Origin: Bacillota bacterium
GTDB lineage: Bacteria; Bacillota; Clostridia; Peptostreptococcales; Anaerovoracaceae
DNA: 64,000 bases
Reading direction: 5' to 3'
NCBI GenBank assembly: GCA_017432725.1
Contig: JAFRIQ010000036.1
Coordinates: 761 to 64,760 of the forward strand
The notes under the pieces were generated by a model. The model was not told where the DNA came from. It saw only the letters and a program-made list of their open reading frames with translations, and made no database searches. Numbering within the stretch: position 1 is the stretch's first letter; the number at the start of each line of letters is the position of its first letter. The translations under genes and the position numbers were made by a program. This document shows, one piece after another, positions 25,418 to 34,206 of the stretch.

Positions 25418-26377
25418 CTATTCTATTGCGGTATATCCTTCGAGAGGAGTGATTCCGAGCTGTCCGCAGACCTTCTGGTTGAAGAACTTTGTGGGGTTCG
25501 GGTCGAATTCTACCGGCATCTTGCTGACGTCTTCGCCGTCTTTCAAGATCCTTGCGGCCATCTTTCCGGTTGTCACACCGAGGTTGTAGTAATCGATGGA
25601 AAGGGAGGCTACACCGAATGCCGCGCAGGGATCCTTCTCACCGGTGAATACCGGTTTGTTTGCCGGAAGCACTACGTTGGCTATAGCCTCTGCGTTGGAA
25701 GCTGCAACGTTGTCCGTGGGTACGTAGATCACATCTGCGAATTCGCAGGCTTGGGTCGTCACGCTGCCTACGTCGTTGCTGTCTGTGAAAGTGAAGAACT
25801 TGACTTCAAGTCCCAGGGCTGTCAGATGCTTGGATACTTCTTCAGCCTGGAAAACGGAGTTCGCTTCGGCGTTGCAGAAAAGTATCGCTGCTTTCTTTGC
25901 TTCAGGGAACCATTCTGTGATCATCTTTGCCTGTACTTCAAGATCAGCCAGGTCGGAAGTTCCGGAAATGTTGTTTCCGACTGTCCCGTTCCACTCATCG
26001 AGATCAAGTGCCGGTGCATAGTGGGTGATGGAAGTTCCGAGGATGGGGATAGTGTCCGTTGCCGCAGCCGCTGCCTGAAGGGCCGGCGTGGCGTTTGCCA
26101 TGATAAGGTCTACGTTTCTCGATACGAAGTCGTTTACTATGGTAGTGCAGTTTGCAGGTTCACCGGAACCGTCCTGTACGATTATTTCGACCTTGTCTTT
26201 TCCAAGTTCTTCTGTGAGGGCGTCCACGAATCCCTGAGTCGCTTTATCGAGGGCAGGATGCTGGACCAGCTGGCATACGCCTACAGTCCAGGAATCTTTT
26301 TCTTTGGATCCGGCGCCGCATGCGGCCAGGCCGAGGATCATGCATACTGCAAGTATCAGTGCTAATAACTTTTTCAT
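25418..26377 (-). CDS. ABC transporter substrate-binding lipoprotein (PF04392/COG2984-like), paralogue 2 (orphan; no adjacent permease or ATPase)
   Basis: MKKLLALILAVCMILGLAACGAGS is a signal peptide with a lipobox. Long identical blocks are shared with paralogue 1 (KDSWTVGVCQLVQHPALDKAT, NVDLIMANATPALQAAAAATD, ..). Confidence 0.85.
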   Translation of the reverse strand: MKKLLALILAVCMILGLAACGAGSKEKDSWTVGVCQLVQHPALDKATQGFVDALTEELGKDKVEIIVQDGSGEPANCTTIVNDFVSRNVDLIMANATPALQAAAAATDTIPILGTSITHYAPALDLDEWNGTVGNNISGTSDLADLEVQAKMITEWFPEAKKAAILFCNAEANSVFQAEEVSKHLTALGLEVKFFTFTDSNDVGSVTTQACEFADVIYVPTDNVAASNAEAIANVVLPANKPVFTGEKDPCAAFGVASLSIDYYNLGVTTGKMAARILKDGEDVSKMPVEFDPNPTKFFNQKVCGQLGITPLEGYTAIE

Positions 26378-26393
26378 TTTCTCTCTCCTTTTG

Positions 26394-26429
26394 CAAAAAA
26401 AGGACTTCTGCTTTCAAAAACAGAAGTCC
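26394..26429 (-). terminator. Intrinsic terminator inside the 5' leader of SBP paralogue 2 (candidate attenuator B)
   Basis: On the minus strand: GGACTTCTG-(loop)-CAGAAGTCC followed by TTTTTTT, 16 nt upstream of the start codon region (the RBS AAAGGAGAG follows). Confidence 0.65.
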
Positions 26430-26487
26430 ACATTATGAACGAATCTTTGTGTGTTTACGAAAATCTGTTTAAGCTTCTTATCATACT

Positions 26488-26562
26488 TTAAACTCCGCTA
26501 TAGCTTCTGCTATAACGGTAGGAATAAGCATAATAAAGTTTGCTGAGGTTTTCGTTTTTCAT
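26488..26562 (-). CDS. 24-codon Tyr-rich upstream ORF (candidate leader peptide B)
   Basis: It encodes MKNENLSKLYYAYSYRYSRSYSGV* with 6 Tyr in 24 codons. It has the same length and the same stop position relative to the hairpin as uORF A. The ATG lies 9 nt after the putative -10. Confidence 0.5.
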   Translation of the reverse strand: MKNENLSKLYYAYSYRYSRSYSGV

Positions 26563-26571
26563 ATTACGGAT

Positions 26572-26599
26572 ATATTACACCATATTTCGTGCTTGTCAA
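26572..26599 (-). promoter_or_regulatory. Putative promoter B
   Basis: On the minus strand: TTGACA (26599-26594), 16-nt spacer, TAATAT (26577-26572). Confidence 0.5.
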
Positions 26600-26623
26600 C
26601 AAAAAAAACAATATTTTTTTGTA

Positions 26624-27097
26624 TTACGCATCCAAAAGATCTTTTTTGTCCATCCAAAGCTGCAGGGAATCCACTGCAAGAGATATCTTATCGAGCTGCT
26701 CTTTGATATATCCGAAATCTCTTTCTTCATCTTCGGATACTTCGCCGTCGGCGGATATCTCTATGAGCCTTTCCTTGTCCTTTTCGAGGCTGTTGAGTGT
26801 CGCCAGAACTTCAAGAACTATCTGAGTGAGCTCTTTTGCCTGTACCTGAGGCACGTATTTCTTGCCTATGGGGCATTCGTTGGAGCAGTAATAGTTGCAA
26901 AGATCGGGCGTCTTGTAACATTCGGCCATAGCCATTATCTCATCGGGATAGGGAACGGTCTTGTCGCTCTCTATTTTTTCTATCCTTGTTTCGGATACTA
27001 TCCCCATGGCTTCGCTGGCCTTTTCCCTGGTATATCCGGCATTTTCTCTGTACTGCTGGTATATATTCTTGTTTTCTTTAACAGATTTTCTTCCCAT
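26624..27097 (-). CDS. XRE-family HTH protein with a Cys-rich segment
   Basis: IYQQYRENAGYTREKASEAMGIVSETRIEKIE is an XRE-like HTH, followed by CNYYCSNECPIG. I chose the internal ATG preceded by CAGGAGGA. Confidence 0.72.
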   Translation of the reverse strand: MGRKSVKENKNIYQQYRENAGYTREKASEAMGIVSETRIEKIESDKTVPYPDEIMAMAECYKTPDLCNYYCSNECPIGKKYVPQVQAKELTQIVLEVLATLNSLEKDKERLIEISADGEVSEDEERDFGYIKEQLDKISLAVDSLQLWMDKKDLLDA

Positions 27098-27224
27098 GTG
27101 GATATCCTCCTGATGTCTGTATAGAAGCATTGTACTACAAATCGGAAGATAATCAAGACAATGGAAAAGGATGGCCTATCTGATGTATAATAGATAAGAT
27201 AAATGTACAAAGGGAGTTATTGGT

Positions 27225-27962
27225 TTGAACAGGACGGATATCTTCGTACAATTCGATAATGTGGAAGCGTTTTTCTCCCTGAAACCAGACAGGAGCCTGG
27301 ACCTCATACCCTCTCTCAGCCGGAACCTGAAAGCAGGGGAGTATCTCATAAAACCCCATATGGTCCACGGAAAACACGTTCAGGTGATAGACCGCGCTTT
27401 TCTTGAGGGAGAGCACATAGATGCGGTGGGTTATCCGGAGCTTGCAGATATCCCGGGATATATAGAAGTTCCCGAGACCGACGGTCTGGTCACGGATATA
27501 CCGGGAGTCGCCCTGGTGACCACTCACGGAGACTGCATACCTGTATTTGCCTGCAATCCTGTGAAAAATGTAGTCGGCGTTGCCCATGCCGGCTGGAAGG
27601 GCACGCTGCTCGGTATAGCAGCACAGCTCGTCAGGACCATGAAGACCCGTTACGGCTGCAGTGCGGAAGATATCAGTGCGTATATAGGTGCCGGGATAGA
27701 CAAATGCTGTTTCGAAGTAAGGGAAGACGTCAGGAACAAGTTCCTCGCGGATGCTCCATGGACTGAAAAGTACATATCGGTCAAAGATGATGAACATTAT
27801 CTCATAGACCTTAAGGGTATAAACGAAGCGTATCTTAAGTCGGAAGGTATAGAAATAATCGAGATCGATCCCGACTGTACCTGCTGCCTTGAGAATAAAT
27901 ACTGGTCATACCGCCGCTGCGGAGACAAAGACCGCATGCTGGCGTATATAAAACTTGTATAG
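27225..27962 (+). CDS. pgeF: Peptidoglycan editing factor PgeF (YfiH/DUF152 family)
   Basis: The conserved pattern HG..V..V, TDGLVT, L.V.T.DC.P.., HAGW.GT, ..CC.EV.., C(T)CC and Y.S.RR is present. The apparent start is TTG, preceded by AAGGGAG. Confidence 0.83.
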   Translation: MNRTDIFVQFDNVEAFFSLKPDRSLDLIPSLSRNLKAGEYLIKPHMVHGKHVQVIDRAFLEGEHIDAVGYPELADIPGYIEVPETDGLVTDIPGVALVTTHGDCIPVFACNPVKNVVGVAHAGWKGTLLGIAAQLVRTMKTRYGCSAEDISAYIGAGIDKCCFEVREDVRNKFLADAPWTEKYISVKDDEHYLIDLKGINEAYLKSEGIEIIEIDPDCTCCLENKYWSYRRCGDKDRMLAYIKLV

Positions 27963-27972
27963 GAGATCAAAA

Positions 27973-29358
27973 ATGAAAACACCCGAAGAAAAGCTTATCA
28001 GGAGAAACAAATACTGTTTCGGTCTGGGAACGGTCGGCCGCGATATGTTCTATGCGTTCGAGGCCAACGCGCTTCTTTATTTCCTCGCACACATCCTGTC
28101 ACTGCCGATAAAACAGTTCGCCGCAGTCAGCCTTGTCCTGTCCGTCATGAGGATATTCGACGCACTCAACGACCCCATAACCGGACTCATCGTAGAGAAC
28201 GTCAATACCAGATGGGGTAAATACAAGCCCTGTATAGTATTGGGAGGCCTGATTTCAATGGTCTTCTTCCTGGTCCTTTATGGAAACGTTGGGACGGGCT
28301 GGACGTTCGTGATCGTTTTCGGAGTAGCGTATTTCTTCTGGGATGTATCCTATGGTCTCAACGATATAGCTTACTGGACTCTGCTTCCTTCACTTACGAC
28401 TGACCAGAAGCAAAGAGAAAGCTACGGCGCTTTCGCAAGGATATGCGCCAACATAGGTATGTATATCGTAATGGTAGGCTGGCAGCCGATAACGTCTGCT
28501 ATGGGCAACACTCCCAAGGCATGGTTCACGGTGGCTCTGGTCATTTCCGGTCTGTATATGCTCTTCCTCCTCTTCCCTATACTGGGCGTGAAGGAACACA
28601 AGAATTTCGTGGAGAAAAAAGAGAGAACTTCCCTGAAGGATATGTGGAATGCTCTTACGGGCAACGATCAGCTCATGTGGACTACTCTTTCCATGGCGCT
28701 CTTCATGATCGGTTACTGCACCACTACCGGGTTTGCACCTGACTACATGAAGTATATCTACGGTGACATCAACATGTACGCGGTTTTGGCAGGAGTCTGC
28801 GGAGTGGCTCAGCTTTCAGCTCTCCTGATATTCCCGGCAGTATCTAAGAACAGAAGCAGAAGACAGCTTTACAGTTTCTCGACGATACTCGTCATCGTAG
28901 GCTACGGGGTTTTCTTCTTTGCGGATCATTCCATAGCCCTTATTGCTGCTGCGGCTGTAATCATATTCGTAGGGCAGGCCTTCATACAGCTTTTGATGCT
29001 GATGTTCCTGGCCGATACCATAGAATACGGACAGTGGAAGATGGGAAGGAGAACGGAATCCATAACCTTCTCCATCCAGCCTCTCATCAACAAGATAGGC
29101 GGAGCCCTTTCCACGGCTCTCATCTCCGGTTCCATCATCATAGCGGGAATCAAATCCGCCGATTCTGATGTAGCTGCCGAGAGCATAGACGCAAGCGGCC
29201 AATTGATAATAAAGATAGCCATGTTCGCCGTACCTCTTGTGTTCATAGTGGCGGGATATATCATTTATCTTAAGAAATACAGGATCTCCGAGGAGTTCTA
29301 TTCGCAGATACTTCAGGATCTTAAGGACCGCGGAGAGATGAAGGAAGACGCGATCTGA
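27973..29358 (+). CDS. MFS transporter, GPH (MelB-like) family
   Basis: About 12 TM segments. The DALNDPITG motif is typical of GPH symporters. An ATG with a TAGGAG RBS is preferred over the upstream TTG (27955). Confidence 0.8.
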   Translation: MKTPEEKLIRRNKYCFGLGTVGRDMFYAFEANALLYFLAHILSLPIKQFAAVSLVLSVMRIFDALNDPITGLIVENVNTRWGKYKPCIVLGGLISMVFFLVLYGNVGTGWTFVIVFGVAYFFWDVSYGLNDIAYWTLLPSLTTDQKQRESYGAFARICANIGMYIVMVGWQPITSAMGNTPKAWFTVALVISGLYMLFLLFPILGVKEHKNFVEKKERTSLKDMWNALTGNDQLMWTTLSMALFMIGYCTTTGFAPDYMKYIYGDINMYAVLAGVCGVAQLSALLIFPAVSKNRSRRQLYSFSTILVIVGYGVFFFADHSIALIAAAAVIIFVGQAFIQLLMLMFLADTIEYGQWKMGRRTESITFSIQPLINKIGGALSTALISGSIIIAGIKSADSDVAAESIDASGQLIIKIAMFAVPLVFIVAGYIIYLKKYRISEEFYSQILQDLKDRGEMKEDAI

Positions 29359-29900
29359 TGAGATATCTGATAGCGTCGGACATACACGGGTCGGACGAGT
29401 GCTGCAGAAAGATGCTGGAATGGTATGAGGAGTACGGATGCGAACGTATGATACTCCTGGGGGATTTCCTTTACCACGGGCATGGAGGCGCTGTTCCGGG
29501 ATACGATTCGAAAGCTGTGGCTGAGATGCTGAACAGATACGCTTCCGTCATATATGCCGTGAACGGCAACTGCGATCAGGATGACGACCAGATGCTCTTC
29601 GATTTTTCCATACAGGCGGATTACATTCTTATTCCTGAAGGCGGGAAAACATATTTCTGTACTCACGGTCATTACTATAACTGCGGACATCTTCCTCCCG
29701 TAATGGGGATAGACGTGCTTCTGACTGGCCATACCCACGTTCCGGCATGTGAGAATCATATAGATTACATATACTGCAATCCGGGGTCCGTATCTTTGCC
29801 CAGAGGGATGTCTAAAAAGAGCTTTATGATACTGGAGGGCAATCACCTGGAGTGGCACGCCCTTTCGGACGGACACATATTTATGCAGACCGATCTTTAG
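29358..29900 (+). CDS. YfcE-like metallophosphoesterase (MJ0936 family)
   Basis: Motifs SDIHG, GD..YHG, NGNCD, THGH and GHTHVP. Confidence 0.82.
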   Translation: MRYLIASDIHGSDECCRKMLEWYEEYGCERMILLGDFLYHGHGGAVPGYDSKAVAEMLNRYASVIYAVNGNCDQDDDQMLFDFSIQADYILIPEGGKTYFCTHGHYYNCGHLPPVMGIDVLLTGHTHVPACENHIDYIYCNPGSVSLPRGMSKKSFMILEGNHLEWHALSDGHIFMQTDL

Positions 29901-29920
29901 CGTTCTGCGGAGACAGCAAG

Positions 29921-30940
29921 ATGAAAAGCAAGATACTCATAATAAATACAGGCGGCACCATAGGCATGGTCAAGACCGAAAAAGGCTATGCCCCGGACGG
30001 AGAGTACTTCAGAAAACAGCTCGAGGAGATGGGAGCCCTTAAGGCGGATATCATGCCTGAGTGGGAAATGATCGAAACGAAGGATCTGCTCGATTCATCC
30101 AATATGACAGTAAGAGACTGGAACGAGATCGGCAGCCTTATAGCGGTCAATTACAGAAAGTACGACGGTTTCGTCATACTTCACGGGACCGACACCATGT
30201 CGTATACGGCATCCGCTCTTTCTTTTATGCTCGAAAATCTTGACAAGCCGGTCATACTGACCGGGTCGCAGATACCTCTTTGCGAGGTAAGGAGCGACGG
30301 AAGGGACAATATCATAAGTTCTCTTCTCATCGCCGGTTCCAAGAAGGTGAAGGAAGTCGCCATCTATTTCGGAGGCAGCCTCCTCCGGGGGAACCGCAGT
30401 ATGAAATATTCGGCAGACGGACTTACGGCCTTCGTGTCACCCAGCTATCCCGTCCTTGCGGAAGCGGGCATATCCATAAAATACGATGAGACGCATCTCA
30501 TGAAACAGGGCTCAGAAGATGACTTCGCTTTCGTTCCCTTCAAAAAGGTGCCCATAGGAGTCATCAAGGTTTTCCCCGGCATACAGTTCGATCTTTTCGA
30601 ATCGATAATGACGGAAAACCTCAAGGGCATAGTCATAGAAACTTTCGGCAGCGGCAATATACCGCAGAACGGCGAGGCGCTTCTGCCCATAATAGAGAAG
30701 GCATTCTCAAGCGGAGCAATAGTCACCGTGTGTACGCAGTGTCCGCAGGGAACCGTATCTCTGGGAACCTACGAAACGAGCCTGGCTTTGAAGGAAGCAG
30801 GCGCAGTAAGCGGCCTCGATATGACGACGGAAGCAGCCGTAGCCAAACTGTATTATCTCTTTTCCAAGGGATATGGCAGAGATCAGATAAAGAAACTCAT
30901 GGAAGTTTCCCTCAGAGGGGAAATGGGATCTATTCAGTAA
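29921..30940 (+). CDS. ansA: Type I L-asparaginase
   Basis: ILIINTGGTIGM.. and VILHGTDTM are the asparaginase signature motifs. I chose the internal ATG (track start 29852). Confidence 0.87.
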   Translation: MKSKILIINTGGTIGMVKTEKGYAPDGEYFRKQLEEMGALKADIMPEWEMIETKDLLDSSNMTVRDWNEIGSLIAVNYRKYDGFVILHGTDTMSYTASALSFMLENLDKPVILTGSQIPLCEVRSDGRDNIISSLLIAGSKKVKEVAIYFGGSLLRGNRSMKYSADGLTAFVSPSYPVLAEAGISIKYDETHLMKQGSEDDFAFVPFKKVPIGVIKVFPGIQFDLFESIMTENLKGIVIETFGSGNIPQNGEALLPIIEKAFSSGAIVTVCTQCPQGTVSLGTYETSLALKEAGAVSGLDMTTEAAVAKLYYLFSKGYGRDQIKKLMEVSLRGEMGSIQ

Positions 30941-30956
30941 GTAAAGGGGAAAACAA

Positions 30957-31556
30957 ATGATTTGCAGGAATTGCGGAAAGAACATACCGGCAGAGAGCGA
31001 ACTCTGCCCTGAATGCGGAGCAAAGGTAAAAAAGATCAGCGTATTCGAAACGCCTGCCTCTTCGTCTTCAGAGGCAAAACAAAGCAGCGTGTTCACTACG
31101 CCCAAGGATTTCAATAAAGGGAATAAGAAAAAGAGCGGTTGCCTCATAGCGGTCGTTATTCTTGTTATCGCCATCATAGTCGCTGCCGCTAGCATCTTTA
31201 TAGTCGCGAGAAAAAGAATAAAACAGCAGCAGGAGTACGTGCACCAGATGGAGGAAATGCTTCAGGACGAAGATCTTGATATGGATGAGATCTGGGGCCT
31301 CATGGAAGATATACAGGAGCACTTCCCACAGAGCGAAGAAAGCGAAGAGTACAAAGAGCTTTACGATAAGATCCAGGAATATGTGAAGAAGCATATGCAG
31401 GAGCAGGATATTCAGGTCCCTGAAGAATATAACGAATTCTTCGATATAATGAACGGGCTCGGCGAAGGCGAACATGACGGCGACGAGATGTACCAGGAAT
31501 TCATGGAGATGTTCGATCTCATCGTCCAGCAGCAGACGGAGAAGAAATCCGACTAA
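30957..31556 (+). CDS. Zinc-ribbon membrane protein with an acidic C-terminal tail
   Basis: MICRNCGKNIPAESELCPECGAKV (CxxC..CxxC), one TM segment (LIAVVILVIAIIVAAASIFIV) and a Glu/Asp-rich C-terminus. Its stop overlaps the next start (TAATG). Confidence 0.62.
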   Translation: MICRNCGKNIPAESELCPECGAKVKKISVFETPASSSSEAKQSSVFTTPKDFNKGNKKKSGCLIAVVILVIAIIVAAASIFIVARKRIKQQQEYVHQMEEMLQDEDLDMDEIWGLMEDIQEHFPQSEESEEYKELYDKIQEYVKKHMQEQDIQVPEEYNEFFDIMNGLGEGEHDGDEMYQEFMEMFDLIVQQQTEKKSD

Positions 31557-34108
31557 TGAGCTTGAGCCTTCCGCAAAAGAATATATGTATAGGAGTACTT
31601 GCCCACGTTGACGCGGGCAAGACTACTTTGAGCGAAGCGATCCTTTACAAGACCGGTCAGATCAAAACGCCCGGCCGTGTAGACAACGGGAACGCTTTTC
31701 TTGATACGGAAAGAATAGAAAAGAAACGCGGCATAACGGTATTTTCGAAGCAGGCTATTTTCCCGCTGGGAGACAAGACCGTTTTTCTTCAGGATACTCC
31801 CGGCCATGTGGATTTCTCAGCGGAGATGGAAAGGACTCTCAGCGTTCTGGATTACGCTGTTCTCGTGATCTCTGCTCCCGACGGGATACAGTCCCACACG
31901 GAGCTTCTTCTGGAACTGCTCGAAAAGCATTCCATCCCTACTTTCGTATTCATCAATAAGACCGACCTCGAGTATGAGGAGTTCAGAATGCCCGAGACCT
32001 GGGTGGATCTTTCATGCCCCGATCCTGAGGGCATAGCCCTTTGCAGCGAATATGCTATGGACGAGTACGAAAGAACGGGGTCAGTATCGGATATTACGGT
32101 AAAAAGACTTGTAAGAGAGCGGAAGCTCATGCCGGTATTCAGAGGCTCGGCCTTAAGGCTCGAGGGCATAGACGCCTTCCTTGAAGGACTCGACAGATAC
32201 ACCGAAGCCGCAGCTCATCCGGAAGAATTCGGCGCAAGATGCTTCAAGATAACAAGAGACGAAAAGGAAAACAGGCTTTCATGGCTCAAGATAACGGGCG
32301 GTTCTCTCAAACTGAGGGAAACCGTAGGCGATGAGAAGATAACGGGCATCAGGCTTTATTCGGGCGGAAAGTTCGATGCAGCTGAGGCAGTTTATCCGGG
32401 AAGCGTATGCGCAGTACTGGGCCTCGAAAACAGTTTTGCGGGGCAGGGCCTCGGGTTTGAGGAAGATCAGATAGAGACCAGTCTCGAGCCGGTCCTCACA
32501 TACAGGATAAAGGTGCTGGACGGCACCGACGATATAGAAGCGCTCAGAAAACTGTCCATACTGGCAGAGGAGGATCCCCTTCTCAAAATAGAGTGGGATG
32601 AAAACTTAAGAGAGATACACGCAAGGCTCATGGGCAGCGTTCAGATAGAGGTCCTGAGCCAGATCATCTCCGACAGATTGGGCATGGAAGTATCCATAGA
32701 AGAGGGAAAGGTCGTATACAAGGAGACCATAGGAAACAGCGTGGAAGGCGTCGGTCATTTCGAGCCTCTCAGGCATTATGCCGAAGTACACCTTCTCATG
32801 GAGCCTCTTTCCCCGGGTTCGGGCATAGTGCTCGAGACTGCGTGCAGCGAAGACCTTCTGGACAGGAACTGGCAGAGGCTGATACTTTACAATCTTGCGG
32901 AGTACAGGCATGTAGGGGTACTTACGGGATCCCCTCTTACGGACGTCAAAATGACGCTTATCGCCGGGAGGGCGCACCTTAAGCACACTGAAGGTGGAGA
33001 TTTCAGGCAGGCATCCTTAAGAGCGGTCAGACAGGGTCTCATGAAAGCGGAGAACGTGCTCCTCGAACCCTTTTACAGATTCCGCATTGAGATACCCTCC
33101 GAACAGATCGGAAGGCTCATTAGCGATCTGAAAGCCATGGGAGCCGATTTCGAAGCACCGGAGCAGGGGCCCGAGAGGACGGTTCTTTCAGGTATAGGAC
33201 CTGTGTCTGAACTTCAGAATTATCAGACCCAGCTTCTTTCGTATACAAGGGGGAAAGGGAAACTCTCCTGCAGATACGAGGGATATTTCCCGTGCCATGA
33301 TACGGAAAAGGTCATCGGGAATATAGGCTACGATCCCGACAGAGATACGGACAATCCTTCTTCGAGCGTTTTCTGTTCCCACGGAAGCGGTGTAAACGTA
33401 AGATGGGACAGCGTGGAAGAGTTCGAACACATAGACAGCGGACTGTCCTTTGGCGGCGAGGCTCCGGCGGCTGCGGATCCAAAACTCCGGCCTGGCAATT
33501 TCGATTTCGATGAGAAAGAGCTTGAGGAGATAATGGAAAGGGAATTCGGGAAGATAAAAAGGCCCAGGTATTCCACGGTCGTATATGAACCTCTTTCCGG
33601 TTACAAAGCCAAGATCAAAGATGCGAAAAAAGAATATCTCGTAGTGGACGGGTACAATATAGTCTTTGCGTGGGACAGCCTGAAAAAACTGGCGGCGGAC
33701 GATATTTCCGCAGCAAGGGAGAGCCTTATGGACATCCTTGCGGAATACAGGTCCGTCAAAGGATGCGAGATGGTCATAGTCTTCGACGGCTACAAACTTA
33801 AAGGAAACGAAGGGAGCCGCTTCGACCACAAAGGTATAAACATAGTCTACACGAAAGAAGGCCAGAGCGCCGACGCGTATATCGAAAGTCTGGTAAAAGA
33901 CCTGGGGCACAGTTACAGCATTTCCGTAGCGACATCAGATGCCCTGGTGCAGCTCTCCGCTCTCAGACAGGGTACCAGAAGGATCTCGGCAAGGGAACTG
34001 GAGATGGACGTAAAGGCGGAAAAGACGAGGATAGAGGAGATCATTGCAGGCTATTCTACAGGAAGCAGCAAACTGGGAGAAAGAGCGAAGATCACGAGTA
34101 TTCATTAG
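31556..34108 (+). CDS. TetM/EF-G-like translational GTPase fused to a C-terminal YacP/Rae1-like NYN ribonuclease domain
   Basis: The N-terminal ~620 aa carry IGVLAHVDAGKTTL, DTPGH and NKTD, and are collinear with domains II-V of TetM-type proteins. The C-terminal ~160 aa (from nt ~33632) read EYLVVDGYNIVFAW..VIVFDGYK..VYTKEGQSADAYIE..VATSD.., closely resembling B. subtilis YacP. Confidence 0.85.
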   Translation: MSLSLPQKNICIGVLAHVDAGKTTLSEAILYKTGQIKTPGRVDNGNAFLDTERIEKKRGITVFSKQAIFPLGDKTVFLQDTPGHVDFSAEMERTLSVLDYAVLVISAPDGIQSHTELLLELLEKHSIPTFVFINKTDLEYEEFRMPETWVDLSCPDPEGIALCSEYAMDEYERTGSVSDITVKRLVRERKLMPVFRGSALRLEGIDAFLEGLDRYTEAAAHPEEFGARCFKITRDEKENRLSWLKITGGSLKLRETVGDEKITGIRLYSGGKFDAAEAVYPGSVCAVLGLENSFAGQGLGFEEDQIETSLEPVLTYRIKVLDGTDDIEALRKLSILAEEDPLLKIEWDENLREIHARLMGSVQIEVLSQIISDRLGMEVSIEEGKVVYKETIGNSVEGVGHFEPLRHYAEVHLLMEPLSPGSGIVLETACSEDLLDRNWQRLILYNLAEYRHVGVLTGSPLTDVKMTLIAGRAHLKHTEGGDFRQASLRAVRQGLMKAENVLLEPFYRFRIEIPSEQIGRLISDLKAMGADFEAPEQGPERTVLSGIGPVSELQNYQTQLLSYTRGKGKLSCRYEGYFPCHDTEKVIGNIGYDPDRDTDNPSSSVFCSHGSGVNVRWDSVEEFEHIDSGLSFGGEAPAAADPKLRPGNFDFDEKELEEIMEREFGKIKRPRYSTVVYEPLSGYKAKIKDAKKEYLVVDGYNIVFAWDSLKKLAADDISAARESLMDILAEYRSVKGCEMVIVFDGYKLKGNEGSRFDHKGINIVYTKEGQSADAYIESLVKDLGHSYSISVATSDALVQLSALRQGTRRISARELEMDVKAEKTRIEEIIAGYSTGSSKLGERAKITSIH

Positions 34109-34206
34109 AGGAAACTACAACAAAGTGATGGAAAAATTTTGTTGCTTTTATGCCATTATATGATAAACTAAACAAGGTTAAGAAAAGTAATATCTGGGAG
34201 GAATCA

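Noticed and set aside
26540-27124. Plus-strand 194-aa ORF and other ORFs overlapping the XRE gene.
   Set aside because: - It is antisense to an ORF with a clear HTH motif and RBS.
- Its translation is Phe/Leu/Tyr-rich, as expected from the antisense of a Lys/Glu-rich gene.
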